Position numbers and translations under genes: made by a program. A model generated the notes under the pieces. The model was given only the letters and a program-made list of their open reading frames with translations. It was not told where the DNA came from and made no database searches. Source: an uncultured archaeon (GTDB taxonomy: Archaea; Micrarchaeota; Micrarchaeia; Micrarchaeales; CABMGC01). From it: DNA of 32,000 bases. Numbering within the stretch: position 1 is the first letter of the stretch; each line of letters begins with the position of its first letter. Of this stretch, positions 25,012 to 32,000 are shown piece after piece. The stretch is from contig OY969902.1 in NCBI GenBank assembly GCA_963704435.1, forward strand, positions 300,001-332,000, given 5' to 3'.

Positions 25012-27003
25012 TCATACCTCAGCGTCCTTATTCTCCTGCCTGAAGATCGCGGTAGCGCGTATATCGTCAGGTTTGCCCGGAACCTCCTCGACTTCCCCTC
25101 CGAATACCATGAAGTTGCACAGGATCGGGCGCCAGGACTCGGGAGCGAACAGGAATTTAGGGTAACGACCTACCTTTATGCCCTCCGGGTGGGCCAGGAG
25201 CGCAGCCTTAACCTCTTTTAGAGGTGTTATAGGCATTATAGTGGTAGGTATGGCAGGTTTGGTGGCTTCTACACTCTCTTTATTATTTTCGTTCTCGCTA
25301 CATGGGGGGTGGCTCGGAGGTGCCTGACCTACCAAACCCACCAATGTTACCCTTTTATCTTCCATATTTTTGGTCCACTTATACTGGTTCCGGTTAGGGT
25401 GGTCCTTAGCCTCGACCACTTCCATTCTTATTCCTGAAAGAACCCTGATGTTTTTGTATTTATCGAGGAACCTGCTGAATTTCAGCCATGCTTTGCCTTC
25501 GTCTTTGCTCCAGTCCAGCCAACCGAACAGGCCGGAGAAGTCGCTCTCGGCGTCCATGAACTCGCTCTTTATATCTTTTTTGTTTATCCAGTTCTCTCCC
25601 CACTTCGCATAGGCTAATTCAAAGAGCACTTTCATCTCCCGCGTCTCGCGGTCACCGCCCATAGCGTCCGAAGTGTCGTTTGGCTTGCACGGGCTCCCAT
25701 AACCGGCGGCCTCCATTATCCCGCCCGCTACCCGCGCCCATTCGTGGTAGCTGGTGAACGGGACGTTGCCAGGCCTCATGCCAGTCTCGCACCAGTTCCT
25801 TACCAGCGCATACAGGGCGCTCAGTATGTCACCCCTGTTCTCCGCGATCCATTCGTGCAGGTTCGGGGTCTCGAACTTCCGGTCATTCGGGTCCTCCTCG
25901 CCGAATTGCAGATTGACGAACACGCACCGCGCCGCCAGGTCAGGGGTGTACGTTATCCCTGTGTTTGCCGACATGGAGAGCTCCAAAGTGTTCGGGTACG
26001 TCAGCATGGTGTTGCTCCCGAGCTGCCTGTCGGTTATCACCTCGGCAGTCGCGGCCCTTTCGAGTTCTGCGCTGTTGATATAACCCTTGTTGTTGCTCGA
26101 ATGTATGCGGCCCCTCCCGCTTTTGAGTGTCGAGAGCACTTTCTTCCTGAACTCGTCGTCATGCGTCTCCCTCTCGCTCGATATTGCGGGGTCCTCTATG
26201 GCCGCGCCCTCGAACACTATGCCAGGTATTCCAGCGCAGTAGTCTTTGCCCGACCTCTCCCTATTCGCCTTAAAGAAGAATATGGGCGTCCTGGAAGTCT
26301 CGCTCTTATAGAGGCCTCTGCAAAACTGCGTAAGCAGCCCAGCAATGGCATTGGCGCGGTCCTGCTCGGCCACGAAACAGAACTCGCGGTATATCCTGCC
26401 TATCAGTGCCTTCGCGTCCTCCAGCTTCATGTCGGTCCTGATCTCCGGCGCGTCCAGAGGCAGCCAGGAGCGAAGCCCTGGGTCATAGCCCTTTTGCGGG
26501 AACGCGAGTTTGCCGTCTTTAAGCAGCGGCATAGGCACGCTGTATATCCTCTCTATCGCGGGGAGGTTGGCCCTGAACTGGGCCTCGCTCGCCAGCGTAA
26601 CCTCCGCGTTGTTCGGGGATAGGCTTTTAGTCACGAAATAGTTGCTCAGCCTCTCATGCTTCTCTATGCCGACGGTAAAATGCTCCTCGATCAAAGTTAT
26701 GAGCTCTGTGCTCTTTACCGGCTGGAATACCAGCACCTTCTTATCCTTCCGCTCACCTACCGCCTGCATTGCGAGCCTGACGACCTGGCGCTCATTTGGT
26801 TTGTAAAAAAGCACCTTCTTATCGCTGAAATACATGCCTAATTCAGTTGCAAACTCTCCGTTAGGCCTGCCTTCTCCTGGGAGCAGCAGTTCCTTTTTGG
26901 CCGCCTTCGCCGCCATGTATTCCGTTGCGGCAGTGACAGGATCGCGCCCGGCAGCCATTGCGTCGGCGACGCGCTTTTCAAGGAGCTTATCTTCGCTCAT
27001 CAT
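25012..27003 (-). CDS. SF3/D5-like replicative helicase-type ATPase
   Basis: 663 aa; FFFKANRERSGKDYCAG (P-loop variant), AEVITDRQLGSN, LELSMSANTGITYTPDLAARCVFVNLQF (sensor-1/Arg-finger style); preceded by MPLLKDGKLAFPQKGYDPGLRSWL. Confidence 0.72.
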   Translation of the reverse strand: MMSEDKLLEKRVADAMAAGRDPVTAATEYMAAKAAKKELLLPGEGRPNGEFATELGMYFSDKKVLFYKPNERQVVRLAMQAVGERKDKKVLVFQPVKSTELITLIEEHFTVGIEKHERLSNYFVTKSLSPNNAEVTLASEAQFRANLPAIERIYSVPMPLLKDGKLAFPQKGYDPGLRSWLPLDAPEIRTDMKLEDAKALIGRIYREFCFVAEQDRANAIAGLLTQFCRGLYKSETSRTPIFFFKANRERSGKDYCAGIPGIVFEGAAIEDPAISSERETHDDEFRKKVLSTLKSGRGRIHSSNNKGYINSAELERAATAEVITDRQLGSNTMLTYPNTLELSMSANTGITYTPDLAARCVFVNLQFGEEDPNDRKFETPNLHEWIAENRGDILSALYALVRNWCETGMRPGNVPFTSYHEWARVAGGIMEAAGYGSPCKPNDTSDAMGGDRETREMKVLFELAYAKWGENWINKKDIKSEFMDAESDFSGLFGWLDWSKDEGKAWLKFSRFLDKYKNIRVLSGIRMEVVEAKDHPNRNQYKWTKNMEDKRVTLVGLVGQAPPSHPPCSENENNKESVEATKPAIPTTIMPITPLKEVKAALLAHPEGIKVGRYPKFLFAPESWRPILCNFMVFGGEVEEVPGKPDDIRATAIFRQENKDAEV

Positions 27004-27188
27004 GCCACCCTCGAAGTCTCGGAGATTCGATCAATGCTGGCCCAACCGATAAGCTCCTCTTTGCCGTTGAAATAGCGCAGCACGATATAGTTCGGCTCGA
27101 TTTTAAGCAGCGTGCCGAACCGCTTATATCCGTCCTTCTGCACCACAAGGACGTTTCTGCCTAACAATTCGTTTTCTCCCATTGCCAC
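27000..27188 (-). CDS. small beta-barrel (Sm/SH3-like) protein
   Basis: 62 aa; LLGRNVLVVQKDGYKRFGTLLKIEPNYIVLRYFNGKEELIGWASIDRI; overlaps the ATPase start (ATGA). Confidence 0.5.
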   Translation of the reverse strand: MAMGENELLGRNVLVVQKDGYKRFGTLLKIEPNYIVLRYFNGKEELIGWASIDRISETSRVA

Positions 27189-27208
27189 TACCTCGTTTAA
27201 TCATTCGC

Positions 27209-27343
27209 CTATCTCCTGTACCTGAACCCCGTATATCTGAACTGGTGGCCCGTGACCGTCGAGGTGGCTATCCCGTTCTCGTCTATGGTGAACGGCACCC
27301 TCCGCCTTATCACGGGATCGAAAGCAGTGATATATCTCGCCAT
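27209..27343 (-). CDS. 44-aa hypothetical micro-protein
   Basis: Manual translation: MARYITAFDPVIRRRVPFTIDENGIATSTVTGHQFRYTGFRYRR*; ATG overlaps upstream TGA (TGATG). Confidence 0.5.
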   Translation of the reverse strand: MARYITAFDPVIRRRVPFTIDENGIATSTVTGHQFRYTGFRYRR

Positions 27344-27504
27344 CAACTCACCACAAAGCGAACCTCCAACCGCATGGAGCCGGGTAGCAACTTACTGAAC
27401 TTCTTGCACTTGCACCCCTTCACGAAGCAGGCACCCCTGCCAACGCGCCCAAACCCGAAGGTGTGGACGTGCTCCTTCGCATCATGTCCGCATCCGCATT
27501 TCAT
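27343..27504 (-). CDS. 53-aa zinc-knuckle-like micro-protein
   Basis: Manual translation: MKCGCGHDAKEHVHTFGFGRVGRGACFVKGCKCKKFSKLLPGSMRLEVRFVVS*; CxCxH...HxH...C...CxC. Confidence 0.6.
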   Translation of the reverse strand: MKCGCGHDAKEHVHTFGFGRVGRGACFVKGCKCKKFSKLLPGSMRLEVRFVVS

Positions 27505-27770
27505 GCCTTCACCCTCAAAGTATCCTGCTGCTCCAACGCCTTCAGGAGCTCCGCCTTCTTTACGAATAGCTGTCTCTGCAACTGCCTGAGCTCCCCAGCG
27601 AACCTCGGGTCGCTCAGGCCCAGCGCGTACAGCCTTATCTTCTCTATCAGCGCGTACAGCTCAGAGAAGGTCGTGCCTATTGCCTGCCCCTGCCTGTCGG
27701 TCTCGATAGTCCTCTCTATCTCCGCCTCCATGCCCCTGAGTCTTATCATTTCGGTCTTCAGCTCATCCAT
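27501..27770 (-). CDS. coiled-coil small protein
   Basis: 89 aa heptad-rich ORF; ATGA overlap with downstream gene. Confidence 0.55.
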   Translation of the reverse strand: MDELKTEMIRLRGMEAEIERTIETDRQGQAIGTTFSELYALIEKIRLYALGLSDPRFAGELRQLQRQLFVKKAELLKALEQQDTLRVKA

Positions 27771-28209
27771 GCTTATCCCTCATTAAAAGCGCATGCTTAT
27801 CCCTCATTAAAAGCGCGAATGATGCAATGAGAACAGCGAGATAGGCCAGATAGCCATACATGAACGGCACGGATTGACTATCCTGCACAGGCAGCGATTC
27901 GTTGCTGACTATCTCGGCCCACCACTGCGAGTACGCAGCAGGGTCTGAGGCTTCGAGCGCGGCCAGTTGAGTCACGTTCTCCGAGGTCGTCGAGATCGAG
28001 TACCCGACCAGCGGGGCGGGTGCTTTGTAGGTTAGTGGCAGGTGCAGCGCTATCGTTCCAGTCAGCCCAAACTGCGCGTCTATCGCTCTGTTTATGGTCT
28101 CGTGGTAGTATGCCCCGGCATATACCGCGAAATAAAACCCCAGTACCGCCAGCAGAACGAGCGCTGCCATGCCCTCACATAGCTTCTTTTCAAAGGTGTC
28201 CATTTCCAT
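27763..28209 (-). CDS. two-TM membrane protein
   Basis: 148 aa; TM LCEGMAALVLLAVLGFYFAVYAGAYY and GYLAYLAVLIASFALLM flanking a ~75-aa ectodomain. Confidence 0.6.
   Translation of the reverse strand: MEMDTFEKKLCEGMAALVLLAVLGFYFAVYAGAYYHETINRAIDAQFGLTGTIALHLPLTYKAPAPLVGYSISTTSENVTQLAALEASDPAAYSQWWAEIVSNESLPVQDSQSVPFMYGYLAYLAVLIASFALLMRDKHALLMRDKHG
27769..27816. repeat. perfect 24-bp tandem duplication
   Basis: ATGCTTATCCCTCATTAAAAGCGC twice (27769-27792, 27793-27816), encoding LLMRDKHA/LLMRDKHG on the minus strand. Confidence 0.95.
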
Positions 28210-28229
28210 TACCTCAAATCAAATATTCC

Positions 28230-28904
28230 CTATAAAGACCTGAAAAATTCCAATATCGCATTTATCAGCGCGGTCAATCCCGCATAGCTGAAGGTCGGTG
28301 GCTGCGAGGACGGTGCTGACTGCGATCCTGCCGGTATCGTGGTGGTGACTGGAGGGATGTATGCCTGAACGCTGCCTATAAAGTAGTCTATCCTGGTGTC
28401 CGGGTGGTAAATCGCGGTGTAGTTATCTATCAGCACCGCCACCTCCCCGCTCTGGCCTGTGAGAGGGTTCGCGGTGTCGTTCAGCGTCGCATATATGGTG
28501 ACGTATGGGTTTGCCGTTGTCGGCCCCGCGTATTGCGGCAGCATGGCAGTTATATACTGCACCGGCACGCAGTAGTCCACTATCGTCTGGTAAGTGGTCG
28601 CCGTCCCGCTCAGAGCGGTCACTACCTGCTGGTTCGGTATGCCTATCTCCCCGAGCTGGCCGGTTTGGTTCCCATTGCGCCAGAAAGTAAGCACATAGTT
28701 GGAGGGGTTGCCGTTGAACGCCGCGCCTTGTACTATGATGGTGCTGCCCGGGTTCGTTATCCCGTCGAGGGTACCCTGGCAACCGCTCTGGCCGAACTGG
28801 AAGCCGTTGTATATGTTTTTGCCGAACCCCCCGAATGTCCAGGCGGCCAGCAGGCTCGCTATAACCAGGAGGAATATCAGCAATGCGAAGATTCTGCCGT
28901 TCAT
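28230..28904 (-). CDS. secreted or N-terminally anchored hypothetical protein
   Basis: 224 aa; N-terminal IFALLIFLLVIASLLAAWTFGG; Cys pair; C-terminal hydrophobic helix. Confidence 0.6.
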   Translation of the reverse strand: MNGRIFALLIFLLVIASLLAAWTFGGFGKNIYNGFQFGQSGCQGTLDGITNPGSTIIVQGAAFNGNPSNYVLTFWRNGNQTGQLGEIGIPNQQVVTALSGTATTYQTIVDYCVPVQYITAMLPQYAGPTTANPYVTIYATLNDTANPLTGQSGEVAVLIDNYTAIYHPDTRIDYFIGSVQAYIPPVTTTIPAGSQSAPSSQPPTFSYAGLTALINAILEFFRSL

Positions 28905-29158
28905 ATTATACCCGCGCTATAAAGCAGCATGAGGACCGCGACGGCCACGATGATTAGCCCTATTACCAGCAGTATTTTAGCGAGGCTGGCAACCACGACC
29001 AGCACAATTCCTATAAGCATCAGGCCCAGCGGCCCCGCATTCTGAATCGCCTGCACCGCATTGGTAGCGAACCATTGCTGCAAAGCCGAGGCTATGCCAG
29101 AGTTTATGCTCGTGGTGATGCTCGAAACAATATCAAACAGGGTAAGTATAGGCACCAT
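28901..29158 (-). CDS. small two-TM protein (holin-like or virion membrane-like)
   Basis: 85 aa; TM segments PLGLMLIGIVLVVVASLAKILLVIGLIIVAVAVLMLLYSAG; overlaps the 28230 gene start (ATGG/TAA region). Confidence 0.6.
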   Translation of the reverse strand: MVPILTLFDIVSSITTSINSGIASALQQWFATNAVQAIQNAGPLGLMLIGIVLVVVASLAKILLVIGLIIVAVAVLMLLYSAGII

Positions 29159-29162
29159 ATTC

Positions 29163-30350
29163 TCACCCGCAGGCCACTATAAGGGTCCTCAGCCCCAGCC
29201 AAAGCACTACCTCAACGACCAGGGCCATAAAGGGCCACGCGAAGGCATAGAAGCGGTATTTGTTGCCCGGGCTGCCATAATACTGGACATAAAGGATAGT
29301 CGCAAGCAGGGCCATGACCATGCCGAATATCAGTGAATAAGGCAGCGTCACCGAATTGCCGTTTATCGTGAGCACCGACCCTGCGGTATAAGCGCTTACT
29401 AGATAGCCGTTGAATATGCTGGTGGCATTGCTTGAGCAGCTCGGCGCGGTGGTGTTCTTACTGGTGGCCGAGGTCGCGCTTACCGTTTGGGTTATGTTGC
29501 TGGCCGTCGTAGTTCCGCCGCCCGAGGGGGTCGAGTAGGAATAGCTGAACTGGTTGTTGCCGAGGGTATTGCTATAAAGACTGCCTGAAAGAGTATACTG
29601 CCCGTTCTTGATGTAACTCGCGGGGACCTGGACCAGCACATTGCCAGGGGTGTGCACTATCACCCCGTCAATGTTTATGGCATAGTCAGGAATAGCCTGC
29701 AAAATATTGGCAGTAACGAATGATAGGGTGCCGTTGGTGGAGGTATAATTGGCGTACTGATGCACACCCGCCGCCAGGTAGTTCCCCGCGAGCTTAACAT
29801 TGCCGTAAGTTGTGCTCTCTGTGACGTTGCCGACCAGCCCGATTATTATGGGGCTGTTGGCAGGAACGCCCATAGCGATAAGTTCGTTGGCCTGCTGCGC
29901 GTTCCACTTCGTAATATTCAGGTAGGTCCAGTATTTTATTATCGTGGTTCCCCCGAATACGGCGGTGCCGGGGTTGGCGTATCCCGCGCAATCGGAGGCG
30001 GCATAGGAGGAGGTGCAGGCGAGGTATTGGTCCCCCCTGCTGCTCTGCGTCGCTCCGAAGCCGGAGATGACTATGTTTCCCGAAGGCGCGACCATGTTGG
30101 AGACCACGACGGTAGTGACCCCGTTTGAGGTAGTAAACGGGATTATTCCGCCAGCGTAGGGCGACGCGGTGCAGTTGCCCTGGCCCCAGCAATACGGGTT
30201 GTAGGCACCTATCTGAAAGGAACCGCTGAGGCCTCCCGGAAGGCCGATTATGCTGAACGTAAGGCTGTTATTCGGTATGGTATTCGATCCGGCGGCCATG
30301 CCTGCCATGAGGAGCAGGGCCAGGATAAGGAACCGCCGCGAGATGTTCAT
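29163..30350 (-). CDS. large secreted protein with signal peptide and C-terminal TM segments (spike-like)
   Basis: 395 aa; signal MNISRRFLILALLLMAGMAAGS; Cys pairs, many N-x-S/T sequons, three C-terminal TM segments. Confidence 0.65.
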   Translation of the reverse strand: MNISRRFLILALLLMAGMAAGSNTIPNNSLTFSIIGLPGGLSGSFQIGAYNPYCWGQGNCTASPYAGGIIPFTTSNGVTTVVVSNMVAPSGNIVISGFGATQSSRGDQYLACTSSYAASDCAGYANPGTAVFGGTTIIKYWTYLNITKWNAQQANELIAMGVPANSPIIIGLVGNVTESTTYGNVKLAGNYLAAGVHQYANYTSTNGTLSFVTANILQAIPDYAINIDGVIVHTPGNVLVQVPASYIKNGQYTLSGSLYSNTLGNNQFSYSYSTPSGGGTTTASNITQTVSATSATSKNTTAPSCSSNATSIFNGYLVSAYTAGSVLTINGNSVTLPYSLIFGMVMALLATILYVQYYGSPGNKYRFYAFAWPFMALVVEVVLWLGLRTLIVACG

Positions 30351-30679
30351 ACGCTCACCGCCAAAGTGCGGGCCCGCAGCTCCGCCGCCGCCTGCCGCAT
30401 TTTCAAGACTAATGGCCGCAACAAGGCCACGAGCTGGCTGTCCTTCACCAAGACCAGCGAGTTGCCCTCGCAGATTCCGACGAGGGAGCGTTCGCCATTG
30501 AGGGCCAGCTTATCCCGGAGCGTACAAGGGATATAGAGGAATAGAGCACCGTTCTTGCTTTCGACGCGGCAGAGATCGAGAGTCGGCCCTATCCCGAATC
30601 CTTTTAATAGGCGGGTGAGCCTTTCCTCATTAGCTGGACTGTTGGGGGCGTTTGCAGCGCCCTCCGATTCCTTTTTCAT
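30347..30679 (-). CDS. AbrB-like domain protein
   Basis: 110 aa; CRVESKNGALFLYIPCTLRDKLALNGERSLVGICEGNSLVLVKDSQL resembles AbrB/SpoVT swapped-hairpin fold; ATGA overlap. Confidence 0.5.
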   Translation of the reverse strand: MKKESEGAANAPNSPANEERLTRLLKGFGIGPTLDLCRVESKNGALFLYIPCTLRDKLALNGERSLVGICEGNSLVLVKDSQLVALLRPLVLKMRQAAAELRARTLAVSV

Positions 30680-30777
30680 GGCGCTTTCACCTCATCGCTC
30701 TCCGACTTGGGCTGTTTCTTGACCAAAGCGCGGTACCACAGCAGAAGCTGCTCGGCGGGGGTTGGCTGGCCGGTCAT
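30676..30777 (-). CDS. 33-aa micro-ORF coupled to the RHH gene
   Basis: MTGQPTPAEQLLLWYRALVKKQPKSESDEVKAP*; ATG 30777 overlaps the RHH stop (ATGA). The 94-aa track ORF is an upstream read-through of this frame. Confidence 0.5.
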   Translation of the reverse strand: MTGQPTPAEQLLLWYRALVKKQPKSESDEVKAP

Positions 30778-30920
30778 CGAATTACCCCGAGGGCGTTGCC
30801 GAGCAAGAATCGAACCAATGAGGAACGCGATCGCTCTGTCTTTTTGGCTTCGGCATCCAGTCTTTTCTTCAATGCCGTCGACATTACGATAATTACGCGC
30901 TCTTCCTGTGCTTCTCGCAT
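30774..30920 (-). CDS. ribbon-helix-helix (CopG/Arc-like) regulator, 48 aa
   Basis: Manual translation: MREAQEERVIIVMSTALKKRLDAEAKKTERSRSSLVRFLLGNALGVIR*; AAGGAG at 30925-30930 upstream. Not in the ORF track. Confidence 0.78.
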   Translation of the reverse strand: MREAQEERVIIVMSTALKKRLDAEAKKTERSRSSLVRFLLGNALGVIR

Positions 30921-30955
30921 CCGACTCTCCTTTGTATGTCAGTATTATGTGCCGA

Positions 30956-31022
30956 AGCATATATTAAAATAATAAAACCTAAGTAATTATACGACTATAA
31001 GAGGTAATTTACTTGTATAATT
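30956..31022. promoter_or_regulatory. divergent promoter/operator region
   Basis: AT-rich; minus-strand TATA TTTTAATATATG (30957-30968); inverted repeats AAGTAA/TTACTT (30981-30986, 31009-31014) and AATTATAC/GTATAATT (30985-30992, 31015-31022). Confidence 0.5.
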
Positions 31023-31990
31023 CAAAAGGCGCGAATCTGGCCAATGCATCGATATCGAGAATCTGCCTTGTGCTCCTATCCCATCTTGACGAACCGATAC
31101 CGATAAAGCAAATAACCGAAGAAGTCTACGCCGATGCTCGTACTGGCTACAGAGCAATGCCTAATCGAGAGAAAAATAAAGCAGGTCGCAAACGCAACTC
31201 AGGCGAATTCTTCAAAGCAAATTACCAGGAAGTTCACCAATGTTGTGCGGACCTAAAAAAGCAGGGGCTCATAGAAATAACCAAATCAGATAAAGATGGA
31301 AGGCAATCGCTCGTTAAGCTCAATCTGAAAGGCCTTCTCACAAAAATCTTCGGGCCAAGAACCAATAAAAAATCACTCGTTGTGCTAAATAAATCTCTAT
31401 CGCCTATTGAAGAATGGAACCACATAATTGCAAATATTAAAAGCGCCATACTTGGAACTAAATCTCTTATGAAAACGCGCTCTGATTATATCGCTGCAAT
31501 TAAAAAAAGCGGTGGGAGCGAATACGAACGAAATATTGCTTTGCCTGAGAAGGAAAAAGAAATGCAAAAATACGCTAAAGAGCTAACGCAAAAAGAACAA
31601 AGATTAAGGAGTATGCAAAACGATTTGGCAGAGGCAAAGGCCATAGGGAAGTCCTCTGCATTCAGTCTAAATGATTCCGAAATAAATTTTCTTTTGAAAA
31701 GACTTGACTGCACCAATTTGAAAAGAGAATTCAATTGGCTTAGAAAAGGAGGAATGCTTAATTACCTGAATGGCAATTCGAACATTATCAAAATTCTCGT
31801 TGCCGTAATTAAAAGATTAGACTTACCAGGTTCTTGCTATGGTGACTATCACATATCGCTCAAACTACTTGGAATTGACGGAACAGATACTGCGCCAATA
31901 ACTGAAAACGTTCTACTTTCCTTTATTTGGAAAAGTGGTCTTCCCGATGTCGTAGAATTTTACGATAAATTCTATTGGAAAGCGCGGTGA
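31013..31990 (+). CDS. winged-helix N-terminal protein with coiled-coil and novel C-terminal domain
   Basis: 325 aa from TTG 31013 with GAGGT at 31001-31005; SRICLVLLSHLDEPIPIKQITEEVY...CCADLKKQGLIEITKSDKDGRQSLVKLN wHTH-like. Confidence 0.65.
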   Translation: MYNSKGANLANASISRICLVLLSHLDEPIPIKQITEEVYADARTGYRAMPNREKNKAGRKRNSGEFFKANYQEVHQCCADLKKQGLIEITKSDKDGRQSLVKLNLKGLLTKIFGPRTNKKSLVVLNKSLSPIEEWNHIIANIKSAILGTKSLMKTRSDYIAAIKKSGGSEYERNIALPEKEKEMQKYAKELTQKEQRLRSMQNDLAEAKAIGKSSAFSLNDSEINFLLKRLDCTNLKREFNWLRKGGMLNYLNGNSNIIKILVAVIKRLDLPGSCYGDYHISLKLLGIDGTDTAPITENVLLSFIWKSGLPDVVEFYDKFYWKAR

Positions 31991-32000
31991 ATCATTTTTC

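Larger units (their letters stand above)
23828..30920 (-). mobile_element. putative integrated virus/plasmid-like element core (minus-strand gene train)
   Basis: At least 15 packed minus-strand genes with RHH and AbrB-like regulators, SF3/D5-like ATPase, secreted/TM proteins and zinc micro-proteins; no cellular housekeeping gene. Boundaries are those of the coding train, not mapped ends. Confidence 0.55.

Noticed and set aside
24548-25165. 205-aa plus-strand ORF
   Set aside because: Lies antisense to three packed minus-strand genes with better start/stop coupling; composition looks like shadow reading.
30676-30960. 94-aa minus-strand ORF as annotated in the track
   Set aside because: Its first ~60 residues overlap out of frame with a convincing RHH gene; only the 33-aa tail from ATG 30777 looks like a real coupled gene.
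23700-32000. Integrase, transposase, terminal inverted repeats or tRNA att site for the element
   Set aside because: Looked for on both strands and not seen; the tRNAs in the window (6.5 and 8.6 kb) are too distant, so the insertion mechanism remains unknown.

Overview
This window reads as a compact archaeal chromosome segment, probably from a DPANN/Micrarchaeota-like lineage. That placement is an inference from gene content, TATA-box promoters, class III signal peptides and dense start/stop overlaps. Bases 1-23.4 kb are mostly cellular genes: trpS, kae1, bud32, SRP54, RNase P component 4, a DJ-1/PfpI-like protein, mscL, an aminotransferase, dph6, a NodU-type carbamoyltransferase, a GT-C glycosyltransferase, agmatinase, a Nudix-UDG fusion, an archaeosortase-like protein and archease coupled to a TraG/HerA-like ATPase. 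There are two tRNA genes, Ile(UAU) and Val(UAC), and a 24-codon eL41-like micro-ORF missed by the ORF track. Bases ~23.8-30.95 kb form a minus-strand train of at least 15 tightly packed, mostly unrecognisable genes. It starts with an un-tracked 48-aa ribbon-helix-helix protein and an AbrB-like protein, continues through four secreted/membrane proteins and several zinc or micro-proteins, and includes a 663-aa SF3/D5-like replicative ATPase. I interpret it as an undescribed integrated virus- or plasmid-like element and the best candidate for a novel system here. No integrase, capsid, terminase or att site could be identified, and the element's right limit is uncertain.
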